Source: a virus (lineage: Duplodnaviria; Caudoviricetes). Taken from it: DNA of 43,205 nucleotides. Position 1 is the first letter of the stretch, and each line of letters begins with the position of its first letter. The stretch lies in the IMG/VR virus record IMGVR_UViG_3300009506_000069, positions 1-43,205 of that record; one strand, written 5' to 3'. The notes beneath the pieces are model-generated. The model had not been told where the DNA came from, did not search any database, and was given only the letters and a program-made list of their open reading frames with translations. Position numbers and translations under genes: made by a program. Shown here one piece after another: positions 1 to 9,765 of the stretch.

Positions 1-144
1 CCAAGCCTTGAGGAGCGATCAGACTTCCTCACGGTTTTCAATGACCGTTTGGATATCGTCCACTTCGGTCACCACACGTCAAGATCTCTAACGCCATACA
101 AGAGACCGGTGTCATCCGGTCAGGATCTGGAGTTCAGAGAGCTT
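1..144. repeat. Terminal direct repeat, copy 1 (circular overlap)
   Basis: 1-144 is identical to 43062-43205. Confidence 0.95.
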
Positions 145-1278
145 CTAAATGGGACCTACCGGTTCCAATTATCCGACCACCTTATCAGGTACGACACAGA
201 CGACGTCATCCGCGATCGTGCGATACGTGGCGAGATCGGCTCGTTCGATCTCCTTGACGCAAACATAGAGTCAAGCGAGTCGACGTTCAAAGAAATGAGC
301 CATCTGCCGTACTATACTTTGGCGAGGCGTGTCGGTTGCTCCGTTTGTGTGTCAGAGGTAGGCCCAAGCGGTTTGACGGCTCTGGCTGCAGATCTGACGC
401 AGCTGACGATCAATACGTCGAGCAATGTTTCGTTCGCTCTCTTCCAAGATGCTACAAGCGCCGGCCTGCTCTTCTGGGCTGACGGAGCGTACTCGTTCTA
501 CGACTTCATCACAATGACGCACACATCACTCTTCAGCTCCGTGGGTCTGCAAAAGGTCTACCTGTATGACAAGACCGCTGTCGGTGTGGACAACGCCGGC
601 AACATCTACATCGTAGAGAAGACCGGCCTGACGTCACTGGGCCGGACCGGAGAGTTCGCAGTATTCAACAACCGGTGGATCGTGATCCAGACCACTGACT
701 TTGGCGACGGATCAGTGAGCAGAACCGAGCTCTACGATATCTCCTCCGGACTGATCGAGGTGGTCGGGGACTTCTTCCCTATGTTGACCCCGAAGATGTA
801 CGGGATGAACTACTTCGGAAACAAGCAGACTCAGGATCTGCAGACAGGGCAGTGGGCTACATCTCCGACCGATGTCGCGACGATCACGATTGATCCGGAC
901 ACGTCAGCAGTCACGGTCCCAGTCACTACTGGGGACGGGCTCTATGTACACGCGGGTGGCATGAGTTACCTCTGGAGAGACTATGCGAAGAGACGCAGCG
1001 TATGCGGGTGGGAGAAGCTCTGGACAGCCTATACGGTCCGCTTCCCGTGTCAAGACATATTCGTCGAGGCCGGAAGCAAGACGGTCTACTACACGCGCAA
1101 CTTCATGAGCTACGTCAACTCCGGTGTGAAGCTTGACGCCCCGATCCACAGGCTGCACCGCCTGCGATCGATCAGGGCTGTCGGCTTCAGTGAAGTGGAT
1201 ATCTCGTATAATGGCGATAATTATAACCCGACAACTCAGGCTACGATTAATTTGAATATTCAGCTACTGTTGTACTAA
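1..1278 (+). CDS. Virion structural protein (probable tail component); true start ATG 43059 across the circular junction, ~426 aa
   Basis: ATG 43059 reads MPSLEERSDF... in frame with the 49..1278 ORF; beta-rich; late-gene context. Confidence 0.7.
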   Translation, partial: PSLEERSDFLTVFNDRLDIVHFGHHTSRSLTPYKRPVSSGQDLEFRELLNGTYRFQLSDHLIRYDTDDVIRDRAIRGEIGSFDLLDANIESSESTFKEMSHLPYYTLARRVGCSVCVSEVGPSGLTALAADLTQLTINTSSNVSFALFQDATSAGLLFWADGAYSFYDFITMTHTSLFSSVGLQKVYLYDKTAVGVDNAGNIYIVEKTGLTSLGRTGEFAVFNNRWIVIQTTDFGDGSVSRTELYDISSGLIEVVGDFFPMLTPKMYGMNYFGNKQTQDLQTGQWATSPTDVATITIDPDTSAVTVPVTTGDGLYVHAGGMSYLWRDYAKRRSVCGWEKLWTAYTVRFPCQDIFVEAGSKTVYYTRNFMSYVNSGVKLDAPIHRLHRLRSIRAVGFSEVDISYNGDNYNPTTQATINLNIQLLLY

Positions 1279-1297
1279 TAAAACCAAAGGATCCGTT

Positions 1298-2113
1298 ATG
1301 GCAAGCAGATACGAAGAAGAGAAAAACGGCAAGAACATCATCATGAAGTTCACGCCACGTAAGACTCCGACAAGGACAACGCCTAATCGTGTCACACAGA
1401 AAACATCGCAGGACGTCAACCAAAGCGTCAGAAACAGAGTAATGGCGAAGGCCCCGCAGTTCGATCTAAGCAACGCGCCAACGTCTCGACCTACAGCCAA
1501 CAACTACACAAGAGCCGGCCACGTAGAGTGGGCTCTGGCCAAAGTAAGAGAGGCGCAGAACAAGAGATACGAGGCAGACCGAAACCGCCAGATGCGAAAC
1601 ATGTTCATCGCCGACCAGAACAACCAGACCGCGATGAACATCAACAACGCGAGAATGCAGAACAACATCTCAGTCCAGAAGCTGCAGAACCAAGGGTACA
1701 TGGACCGAGCTCAGCAGCGCGACATGACAGAGAAAGAGGTCGCCAACATGCAGATCGGTGCCAACATCTCGAGCAACATGATGAACAACGAGGCTGCTGC
1801 AACGATCGCACGTCAAAAAGAGATCGCGGATCTGTCAAAGACTACCGAGGGGATCAAGTCGATCATCGCACGTGTCTACTCAATGGGGGACATCGACGAG
1901 ATGACCACTCAGCAGCAGTACAGAGCGTATAGTGAGATCATGCAGTCATACGTCAGAAACGGGACATACCCGAAACCGTCGATGCAGTTCGAGACCGGCT
2001 TCTGGAACGACAAGTGGGTAGACAACCAACCACCGCAGCAGCAGACGAAGACGACAGACCAGAACGCAACAACTAAGACGCTCGAAGAAGAGTACAACAG
2101 GTTCTACAAGTAG
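1298..2113 (+). CDS. Putative internal virion/ejection protein
   Basis: AAAGGA RBS; Q/N/M-rich helical 271 aa directly upstream of the giant ejection protein. Confidence 0.55.
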   Translation: MASRYEEEKNGKNIIMKFTPRKTPTRTTPNRVTQKTSQDVNQSVRNRVMAKAPQFDLSNAPTSRPTANNYTRAGHVEWALAKVREAQNKRYEADRNRQMRNMFIADQNNQTAMNINNARMQNNISVQKLQNQGYMDRAQQRDMTEKEVANMQIGANISSNMMNNEAAATIARQKEIADLSKTTEGIKSIIARVYSMGDIDEMTTQQQYRAYSEIMQSYVRNGTYPKPSMQFETGFWNDKWVDNQPPQQQTKTTDQNATTKTLEEEYNRFYK

Positions 2114-2125
2114 AAAAGGCGCGAC

Positions 2126-5100
2126 ATGAGCGAGATCAACGACAACTTCTACCGGAAGGGCAAGCGCCCAGATCCGGAAGACGCGATCGGGTACAAAGGT
2201 ACCATCCCAGACAAGAACGATCCTGTCATGCTGAAAGAGAAGGCCAGACGCGAGTTTATCGCCAAGGTGTTCGAAGAGCATGCCAAAGGTAACGACCAGA
2301 CACCTCTGATCCGCAAGATCAACAAGGCCGAAGGCGCAGACGACAACGCTGTCATGCGTGGCCTGCTTGGGATCAGGGAGCAGACGGTAAAGGGCGCGAG
2401 CTCACTCTCTGCTATGTTCGGCAACAAAGAGTCTCAGCGTTACTACGAGGGGCTCCGTACCGCGATCGATTCGCGTGGCGAAGGTTGGAACGCAGCGCAC
2501 CCAGACGAGTGGAACGTGGCGCGTGGCGTAGGTAATATGGCACCGTGGATGGTCGGAGGATATCTGGCCGGCGCGACAACCGCAGGATCTGTGGGTATGC
2601 GTATTGCGGGAACTGTTGGTCGCAACATGATAGCGGATGCGGGGACATCGCTCGGGCTCAACCTGTGGAGACCTTCTGATCAGATGGCCGAGAACGTGGC
2701 TTTCGACGTCGCGACCGGTATCGTTCCGACCGCTGTCGGTCAGTGGGGTGCTGAGGCACTCGCCAAGTCTGCTCTACGTGCCAACGCGAGACAGGTCGTC
2801 GCTATGTACAAGCAAAAGGGATACATCCCAGACATGACCAAGGACATGGAGTCCAAGCTCGTCGACAGCATGATCGCCACCAATTACGTCAAGAAGCCTA
2901 CAGAGTCTCTGGCCGGCAAAGCAGAGGTCGAGGCGATCGAACGTGCTCGGACCAAGATATTGGAAGACATCTCGCTGCAGCATGCAAAGAAGCAGATCCA
3001 GACTGCTGAAGGTTGGATGACTCAGCCTGACATGGACAAGAAGATCGCGGAGAACATGTGGGTCAGCGAGAACAAGAAGCTGATCCTGAACGCGAAAGAG
3101 TGGGTTCCAGAGACGAACATCGGAAGAGACGAGAATGGCGTCTGGCGCTTTGATACGGACGCTATCTACAAGAAGATCGATGACGATATCGATGGGTACA
3201 TCGTCAATGAGGCTAAGCGGAGCATGTACGATCCGAAGGATCCAAGATCAAACGAGAACTTCCGCAACTGGTTCGGGAACTCTCAGGTGGTCGATGAAAC
3301 AGGCGCACCTCAGAAAATGTACCACGGTACCAAAAGAGATTTCACAGTGTTCAAGGGGGACAGGTTCGGAGCATCGTACTTCACGCCTGATCCAAAGTTC
3401 ACAGAGATGTTCGCAAGCAGATCTCAGGGCTCAAACGTAATGGAAACATACCTGAAAGCGGAGAACATCTTCGACCCAGACAACCCCGCTCACTACAAGG
3501 TATTGGACGAGTACCTGACCAAGACTCTCAAACAAGAGAACCCAAACATGGCCTCGATCATCCTAGACAACAAGAAGGCAGGCTTCCTAGACAAAATCAA
3601 CGATCAAAACAACTGGATGTCGATGGAGGACGGAGCGATCCAGAAGTTCATAAAAGAGCACGGTTATGACGGGTTCTATGTGAAAGAGGAGGGCGTCAAA
3701 AACGTAGCAGTATATGACCCTGCACAGATCAAGTCCGTAAACAACTCCGGAGCGTTCGATCCAAAGGACCCGAACATCCTCAATATGAAAGGCGCGGACA
3801 ACATCGCTGCAGGTCTAGTGGCCGGCGTCGAGCAGGATGATCAGGGGAACATCACCATCAACCCAGAGAAATTCCTCGTCGGCCTCGGCGGGTACACAGC
3901 AGTCAAGGCTATGCTGAAGAGCAACACGGTCAGGACAGGAGCAAAGATCGCCGGCAAAGCGATCAAGGACGAGATGATCGGGTACGCTGCACGAGCCGTT
4001 GATGATCTCGAGGCCAAGGCGATGATGGGGGATCCAAAGGCCAGAGCCATCACTGGTATCCAACCGATCATCTCTGACCCGAACACACTGGCAAAAGTAC
4101 GCAAAGTAGAAGAAGAGATTATGTCTGGGAAAACTGAGACGCTCGTCTTCATGGACAAAAAAGGGAATGAGATCTTCAGGAAGGGTGGCAACGAGACAGA
4201 GGTTGTCGTCACCGCAAGAGAGGCTGAAAAGGTGATCGGGAAGTCTGGTCGAGGTCTTATCTACACACACAACCACCCGAACACAACAAGCTTCAGCGGT
4301 ATGGACCTGAGTACTGCCAAAGAGCTCGGCATCGACGAGGTGCGAGCAGTAGGTCTGGATGAAAGCGGTTCGTTCCTGTATGAGGTCAGCGGTCTCGAGA
4401 AGATCCCGTACTACATCGACATCAACAGAGAGTGGGAGAAGATGCTCCTGAAGTACCACCCAAAATACAAGGGCAAGTTCCTAAATATGATCGAGGGTAA
4501 CTACGACAAGACATTCAGGGAGGAGAGCGAAAGGTTCATCCTAAAAGCACACTCCCACAACGCTATGAAAAAGCTCGCCGAACAGTTCGGGTTCGAGTAT
4601 AGACGTACTCGGATCCGCCAGTACTTTAACACTCCGAACCAGATCCGCTTTGTAGACGACGCTCAGCCTGTTGTGGCGAAGATGCCGATGGAGGCAGTTC
4701 CATCAAGCAAGATGAAGTACGACCGCAACCTGTTCTACCATCAACTACACAACAACACTAACACCAGAAAGGTCGAGTTCACGAACGAAGTGATCAAGGC
4801 CCTGTCAGATGGTGATGGCAACAGCAGGATCTTGGGGCTGTTCGGTCTGAAGGTTAAGTACTCTGACGACCTGATCGGGTCTTGGGAGGGCGTTCACAAC
4901 CCTATGCGTACGCTCGACGTGCCTGTAAGGATGAACGGTGACGGAAGCGTCAACAAGATGGACGCTGCTATGCTCAACCTCGTCGACGCTCTCACTGGTA
5001 AGGCATCCGTTCAGGACGGAGTCGGTCACTTCATCGCCGGTCAGGCAAAGACAATGGACGAGGTCAGCATCGTCGACTTCCACATGGGTAAAAAGGTAAC

Positions 5101-8100
5101 AAAAGAGCTCTTCGACGAGGTCAAGAAGATCACCGGCATAGATCCGGTTGACTCGGTTGACGGCCGGAGCTTTCAGGTGATCAACTTCGAAGGCATGCCG
5201 ACCAAAGATTTTTTGGATAGAATAGCTGTACTTGAGAAGTCACTTGATCCGAAGGACGTCGTCGGCCACAAGATGGTTGACGGGAACTTCTTCTCACTCG
5301 AGAAGAACGAGGGGTGGGAGACCACCTATGATGAAGCACTTGAAAGGATTTACAATGAGATTAGGGAGCTTGGAGGAGACGAAGAAAAGATTCGCAGGGG
5401 TGCGCAGAGTATCGAAGCCGATGTCCAAGAGGTCTTCAGAAGAGAAGCAGCCAAGTATGGACTCGACTGGGACGTCAACCCCGCCAGAGCAACAGACGGA
5501 TTCGACAAAGCAGACATCTCCACAGTAGCACTGCGCAAAGGTGAGGAGAAACTCACAGGGGCCACAAAGAAGAACGCGGATCTAGCTTGGGAGCACGACT
5601 TCAGACGCCACAACCTTGACGTCCCAGTGTTCTCGCCTTACGACCATTCGCCGAAGACAAAGATGACGCTCGCCGAGGCTCTGAAGAACGAGGTGGTGTA
5701 CGAGTACAAAGAGTCGGTCAAGGCCGGCAGAGAGAGCGGGAAAGGGTGGTATGTTGAGAACTTCAACAAGGCGCTCGACTCTGTGTCACGCGAGTTTCCG
5801 CAGGTAGTATCCAACCAGAGAGAGAACACTATCTTCACCGCACTGGTCGCGATCACATCTGACTCTAACCCAGTTAAAACCAACATGCGCGTCGCCATCA
5901 AGGCGTATGAAGAGTACACCAAGACCGGCGTGATCCCTCACGTGAAGGGTGCCGGCAAAGCTATGCCGAAGATCAACGAGAACATCGACATCCTCAACGA
6001 GCTGATGAAGATGCACCCAGATGATCTGAGATCATGGCTCGGTGGCGACAACGATATCAGATCAATCACCGACATGCTCGCGCAGAAGTTCGGGAAAAAC
6101 AAGCCTGACCTTGGATATCCGCTCGACTACAAAGACGGGGTGAACTCGTTCGTGTTCGGTGCAAAGATCGGGGCCTTCTACCAGAACCTCGTAGGCAACA
6201 CGCACTACCTGACTATGGACCGTTGGTTCGAGAGATCATTCAACCGCCTGCGCGGGAACCTGCGCGGGGTTGCCACGCAGAAGTCTGTTGTGCGCTTCAC
6301 GAACGAGCTCAAGAAAGCCGGCGTAATCCCTGCCGATACCGAGTACCTAAAGGTCCCTGAGCTCAGGAAGTACGCGAAGCAGTACCACGACATCTACGCG
6401 AAGAGCGGGTGGAAGGACAAGAGCGAGATCAACAAGGCAGCGAAGGGCGTTTACGAGGGCCTTACAGCAACTGCGGACGAGCCACGCGGTGGCGCTGACC
6501 GCGTATTCCAGATCGAAACTGCCAAAGAGGCGCTTGACCTGATCAGAAGAGAGAAGGGTATGGAGGACTTCACCCTCGCAGATCTTCAGGCCGTTGAGTG
6601 GTACTATGAGAAGCGGTTCTTCAAAGAGATGGGAACCACCGCTCAGCTCAGCGACATCGGATACGGTGATATCATCGACGACGTTCTTCGAGATCTCGGC
6701 AAGAAAGCCGGCGACGCTCCGATCAGCACCAAGGACATGCTCGACAGCCGTATAGAGTTCAACGTGAGACAGCCTAACTCGTTCGGTTACGACACAGAGC
6801 TAAACTACATCGAGTCAACCGTGGTCAAGGAGGACCGAACCTTCTCGAGCATAGAGAAGGCGGAGGACGCGTTCAACGCTGCGATCCATAAGGCAGGCAA
6901 CGGTATCTACGACGTGGTCGACTTTGTATCTGGTCACAGACTAAGCAAGGCGATCCAGAAGATCAAAGACTCTGACACAACCGACGCTCTGATCGGCCAC
7001 AAGATCTACGGCAAAACAGAGTACATGAACTCGAGAAAGAGCATGATCTCAACGATCAACTCCTCGAACGTGGACTCGGAGATGCTGCACGAGCAGCTCA
7101 AGTACCTGTCACCGGAGGCGCGTATTGACATCAACCGGTACATGTCAGGCGACAGATCTGTGCCACTTGACCCAAGCCTAAGAAAGTTCGCGGATACATA
7201 CATCGGCGTCATCGATGCGAAGGGCAAACAGATGGTTGATCTGGGTCTGCTGAGCGAGGAGACATTCGAGAAGTTCAAGGGCCAGTACCTGCACAGACGA
7301 TACACCAAGGATCTAAAGGACCGTTGGGCGTCATACTCAAAGGGCAAAGGGATCCAGAAGATCTATCAGCGCGGTAAGACGTGGAAGGGAGATCTCGAGG
7401 AGCTGCTGAGTTACGAAGGCAAGACCGGCAAGTTCACAGATGGCATGATCGAAGTAAAGGAGCTCGGCGACGGCAAGTACCAGTTCCACCGAGACTGGAC
7501 CAGAGAAGAGCGAGCTGCCATGGGTGAGATCGAAGACATTGCGTTCACACTTCCGGACACACTCAACCGCCTCGACGACATGATCGCGAGCGGTAAGTTT
7601 CTCAACGAGGTTGCCGACAACGGCAAGTACGCAACACTCGACGCTGAGCTCGGTGAGGCAAGAGGGTGGGAGATGCTGCGAGGCAAAAAGTACGGCATGC
7701 TCGACGGACACTACGTTCCGAAAGATGTCTACAACGATATCACCGAGTTCAGCAAGACGTTCGGCGGGGTAGAGGGGTTCTGGACCAACCTCGGTCGCGA
7801 CTACCTGACAATGTGGAAAATGAGTCACACGGTGTACAACCCGACTGCTCACATCAACAACCTGTTCTCAAACGTCACGCTGCAGTTCGGCGCGGGGATC
7901 AACCCTGTAACAACAGTCAAGAACACATTCGTTGGGCTCAAGGTGCAGCAGGATGTCAAGATCGCTAAGCGCCTCATGGCCAAGAAGATCGTCGGGATCT
8001 CTCGCAACGAGCAGATAGAGCTGAACAAGATCTTAGCAGACAATAACGTGCAGCTTTACCTGAAGGCGGAGAAGAGCGGACTGTTCGGGAGATCAAGACT

Positions 8101-8959
8101 CAACGACACGCTAATGAAGTTCGTCGATGCCGGAGGTCTAAAGGCCAACGGGGCGACCACGTTCAGCAAGGTCAACCACAAGCTGTCATCGATCTACGGC
8201 GGGGAGGACGATATTATGCGTTACTCGATGCTCAAGACACTGACTGACAGGGGCGAGCAGTTCGACAGCGCTATGACGAAGATCAACCACACGATCCCAG
8301 ACTACACGAACCCTATGAGTTACGTCGCAACGCAGCTCAAGAACAAGGGTTTTGTGCCGTTCATGTCGTGGACGTATCACGCGATGCCGATCATGCTAAA
8401 TCAGCTCAAGAACAAGCCGAGCCGAGCGATCGCAATGGCAGCATTCCTCAGCGCGTACTACTACGCGTGGGGGATCAACCCATTCGACAACGCGGACATC
8501 CCTACAGAGGGCTTCGCGTTCGACCGAATCCCGATCGCAAAGAATGGAAGCGAGGTCATGACGCTGAAGGTCGACAAGTGGATCCCGCATGCCGAGCTTC
8601 TCAACCCGATCGAGTACTCTCGCGGTCTGGCCATGAGCGGTGTGTGGCAGGGTGCCGTGTCAACTCTGAACAACTACAACCCGTACTTCAATGCCCCGAT
8701 CACGAGGCAGGAAGGGCTCACCGGAGCGAGACAGATGACAGAGCACTTCGTCCAGAACACGCTGCCGAGTCCGGATATCGCAGACCAGATCTACAACCTT
8801 GGCCGGTCCCAGATCGTCAACAAGGACAAGAGACGCAGGAACAAGGTCATCGTCCCGAGATCTACAGAGCAGGAGCTGATCCGTCTGCTCGGGTTCAACA
8901 CGCTCGCGTATGACAAGAACGCCCAGAAGGATCGCGACAACAAGGACAAGATGAAATAA
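2126..8959 (+). CDS. Large polyvalent (ejection) protein, 2277 aa: LPD23-like, ART-PolyVal, JAB/MPN, HhH-glycosylase-like domains and helical C-terminus
   Basis: Motifs GRDENGVWRFD; NFRNWFGNSQVVD...MYHGT...YFT...GYDG; THNHPNTTSFSGMD; GWY...AITS...N...GAKIGAFYQNL...LTMDRW...LQAVEW; NPTAHINN. Confidence 0.8.
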   Translation: MSEINDNFYRKGKRPDPEDAIGYKGTIPDKNDPVMLKEKARREFIAKVFEEHAKGNDQTPLIRKINKAEGADDNAVMRGLLGIREQTVKGASSLSAMFGNKESQRYYEGLRTAIDSRGEGWNAAHPDEWNVARGVGNMAPWMVGGYLAGATTAGSVGMRIAGTVGRNMIADAGTSLGLNLWRPSDQMAENVAFDVATGIVPTAVGQWGAEALAKSALRANARQVVAMYKQKGYIPDMTKDMESKLVDSMIATNYVKKPTESLAGKAEVEAIERARTKILEDISLQHAKKQIQTAEGWMTQPDMDKKIAENMWVSENKKLILNAKEWVPETNIGRDENGVWRFDTDAIYKKIDDDIDGYIVNEAKRSMYDPKDPRSNENFRNWFGNSQVVDETGAPQKMYHGTKRDFTVFKGDRFGASYFTPDPKFTEMFASRSQGSNVMETYLKAENIFDPDNPAHYKVLDEYLTKTLKQENPNMASIILDNKKAGFLDKINDQNNWMSMEDGAIQKFIKEHGYDGFYVKEEGVKNVAVYDPAQIKSVNNSGAFDPKDPNILNMKGADNIAAGLVAGVEQDDQGNITINPEKFLVGLGGYTAVKAMLKSNTVRTGAKIAGKAIKDEMIGYAARAVDDLEAKAMMGDPKARAITGIQPIISDPNTLAKVRKVEEEIMSGKTETLVFMDKKGNEIFRKGGNETEVVVTAREAEKVIGKSGRGLIYTHNHPNTTSFSGMDLSTAKELGIDEVRAVGLDESGSFLYEVSGLEKIPYYIDINREWEKMLLKYHPKYKGKFLNMIEGNYDKTFREESERFILKAHSHNAMKKLAEQFGFEYRRTRIRQYFNTPNQIRFVDDAQPVVAKMPMEAVPSSKMKYDRNLFYHQLHNNTNTRKVEFTNEVIKALSDGDGNSRILGLFGLKVKYSDDLIGSWEGVHNPMRTLDVPVRMNGDGSVNKMDAAMLNLVDALTGKASVQDGVGHFIAGQAKTMDEVSIVDFHMGKKVTKELFDEVKKITGIDPVDSVDGRSFQVINFEGMPTKDFLDRIAVLEKSLDPKDVVGHKMVDGNFFSLEKNEGWETTYDEALERIYNEIRELGGDEEKIRRGAQSIEADVQEVFRREAAKYGLDWDVNPARATDGFDKADISTVALRKGEEKLTGATKKNADLAWEHDFRRHNLDVPVFSPYDHSPKTKMTLAEALKNEVVYEYKESVKAGRESGKGWYVENFNKALDSVSREFPQVVSNQRENTIFTALVAITSDSNPVKTNMRVAIKAYEEYTKTGVIPHVKGAGKAMPKINENIDILNELMKMHPDDLRSWLGGDNDIRSITDMLAQKFGKNKPDLGYPLDYKDGVNSFVFGAKIGAFYQNLVGNTHYLTMDRWFERSFNRLRGNLRGVATQKSVVRFTNELKKAGVIPADTEYLKVPELRKYAKQYHDIYAKSGWKDKSEINKAAKGVYEGLTATADEPRGGADRVFQIETAKEALDLIRREKGMEDFTLADLQAVEWYYEKRFFKEMGTTAQLSDIGYGDIIDDVLRDLGKKAGDAPISTKDMLDSRIEFNVRQPNSFGYDTELNYIESTVVKEDRTFSSIEKAEDAFNAAIHKAGNGIYDVVDFVSGHRLSKAIQKIKDSDTTDALIGHKIYGKTEYMNSRKSMISTINSSNVDSEMLHEQLKYLSPEARIDINRYMSGDRSVPLDPSLRKFADTYIGVIDAKGKQMVDLGLLSEETFEKFKGQYLHRRYTKDLKDRWASYSKGKGIQKIYQRGKTWKGDLEELLSYEGKTGKFTDGMIEVKELGDGKYQFHRDWTREERAAMGEIEDIAFTLPDTLNRLDDMIASGKFLNEVADNGKYATLDAELGEARGWEMLRGKKYGMLDGHYVPKDVYNDITEFSKTFGGVEGFWTNLGRDYLTMWKMSHTVYNPTAHINNLFSNVTLQFGAGINPVTTVKNTFVGLKVQQDVKIAKRLMAKKIVGISRNEQIELNKILADNNVQLYLKAEKSGLFGRSRLNDTLMKFVDAGGLKANGATTFSKVNHKLSSIYGGEDDIMRYSMLKTLTDRGEQFDSAMTKINHTIPDYTNPMSYVATQLKNKGFVPFMSWTYHAMPIMLNQLKNKPSRAIAMAAFLSAYYYAWGINPFDNADIPTEGFAFDRIPIAKNGSEVMTLKVDKWIPHAELLNPIEYSRGLAMSGVWQGAVSTLNNYNPYFNAPITRQEGLTGARQMTEHFVQNTLPSPDIADQIYNLGRSQIVNKDKRRRNKVIVPRSTEQELIRLLGFNTLAYDKNAQKDRDNKDKMK
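5328..5528 (+). CDS. Putative overprinted +1-frame ORF (66 aa) inside the polyvalent gene
   Basis: GGGAG-7nt-ATGATG; host frame locally uses TAT/GAT/ATT/AAT; TAGAAT at 5217-5222. Confidence 0.45.
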   Translation: MMKHLKGFTMRLGSLEETKKRFAGVRRVSKPMSKRSSEEKQPSMDSTGTSTPPEQQTDSTKQTSPQ

Positions 8960-8987
8960 TCAAGCCTCCGATTACCTCGGGGGATGT

Positions 8988-8996
8988 TGGTATCAT
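8988..8996 (+). promoter_or_regulatory. Extended -10 promoter (TGGTATCAT) after hairpin CCTCCGA/TCGGGGG
   Basis: Intergenic, just upstream of AAAAGGA RBS and ATG 9015. Confidence 0.5.
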
Positions 8997-9014
8997 TCAG
9001 AAAAAGGAAAACCC

Positions 9015-9278
9015 ATGGGCCAATCTACATTAGCACAAGATGCGAACAAGAATAAGCTCGATTACTTCTACCCGCAGGGAGGTAAGGTTATCGCTGCAGC
9101 GACACCATACGCGACAGCGACAGACTTCGGCGGTGCGACAATAATCAAGCTCGGTGCAGACTCAACCATTGCCATGAGCGACACGATTGCCGTGCCGTAT
9201 TCGAAGGGTGATGTGATCGTGCTGCGAGAAGGCGAAACGTACACGTTCGGTACCGCTCAAAACATCGGGTTGATGTAA
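9015..9278 (+). CDS. Small beta-rich structural protein
   Basis: 87 aa, strong RBS, structural module. Confidence 0.6.
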   Translation: MGQSTLAQDANKNKLDYFYPQGGKVIAAATPYATATDFGGATIIKLGADSTIAMSDTIAVPYSKGDVIVLREGETYTFGTAQNIGLM

Positions 9279-9302
9279 CCCAAATTTACTTAGGAGAGAA
9301 CT

Positions 9303-9713
9303 ATGGCAGATAACATGACAGACTACCTCGAGAATGAGGTTCTCGATCACACACTTGGAGTTGGTGTAGCTTACTCGCAACCGACAACTTACTTGGCTCT
9401 ATTCACGGCTGATCCTACGGACACAGGTGCGCTCGCGAACGAGGTTGCGAACGCCGGCGCGTATGCTCGTGTAGCACTTGCAGGCGCATTCGGTACTGCT
9501 GCATCAGGCGGTTCAATCGCTAACGACGCTGATATCACGTTCCCTACCGCCACTGCCTCATGGGGTACCGTAACACACATCGGTATTATGGACGGCAACA
9601 CATGGGGAGCAGGCAACATGCTATATCACGCTCCTCTGTCAGTCGCCAAGGCCATCGGAGTCGACGACACCTTCAAGATCACCATCGGCAACCTGACTGT
9701 CACGTTGGGTTAA
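9303..9713 (+). CDS. Fibre-associated protein, Gp80-like (copy A)
   Basis: YLENEVLDH...YLALFTADP...YARV...ITFPTATASWGTVTH motif. Confidence 0.7.
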   Translation: MADNMTDYLENEVLDHTLGVGVAYSQPTTYLALFTADPTDTGALANEVANAGAYARVALAGAFGTAASGGSIANDADITFPTATASWGTVTHIGIMDGNTWGAGNMLYHAPLSVAKAIGVDDTFKITIGNLTVTLG

Positions 9714-9715
9714 TA

Positions 9716-9735
9716 GATCCCCCTTCGGGGGTATC
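9716..9735 (+). promoter_or_regulatory. cUUCGg tetraloop hairpin without U-tail
   Basis: CCCC-TTCG-GGGG directly after the stop of 9303..9713. Confidence 0.55.
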
Positions 9736-9765
9736 ACCTTAGCTTAATTCCACAGAGGCCCAGTT

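Noticed and set aside
1-1000. Apparent CCGG enrichment
   Set aside because: High in the first kb but about at expectation over the whole genome
1241-1251. CTACGATTAAT also present at 33743-33753, both upstream of late genes
   Set aside because: Two copies of an 11-mer are compatible with chance
3135-3440. 101-aa +1 ORF in the polyvalent gene
   Set aside because: Only a mild codon shift and weak RBS; kept as a secondary candidate
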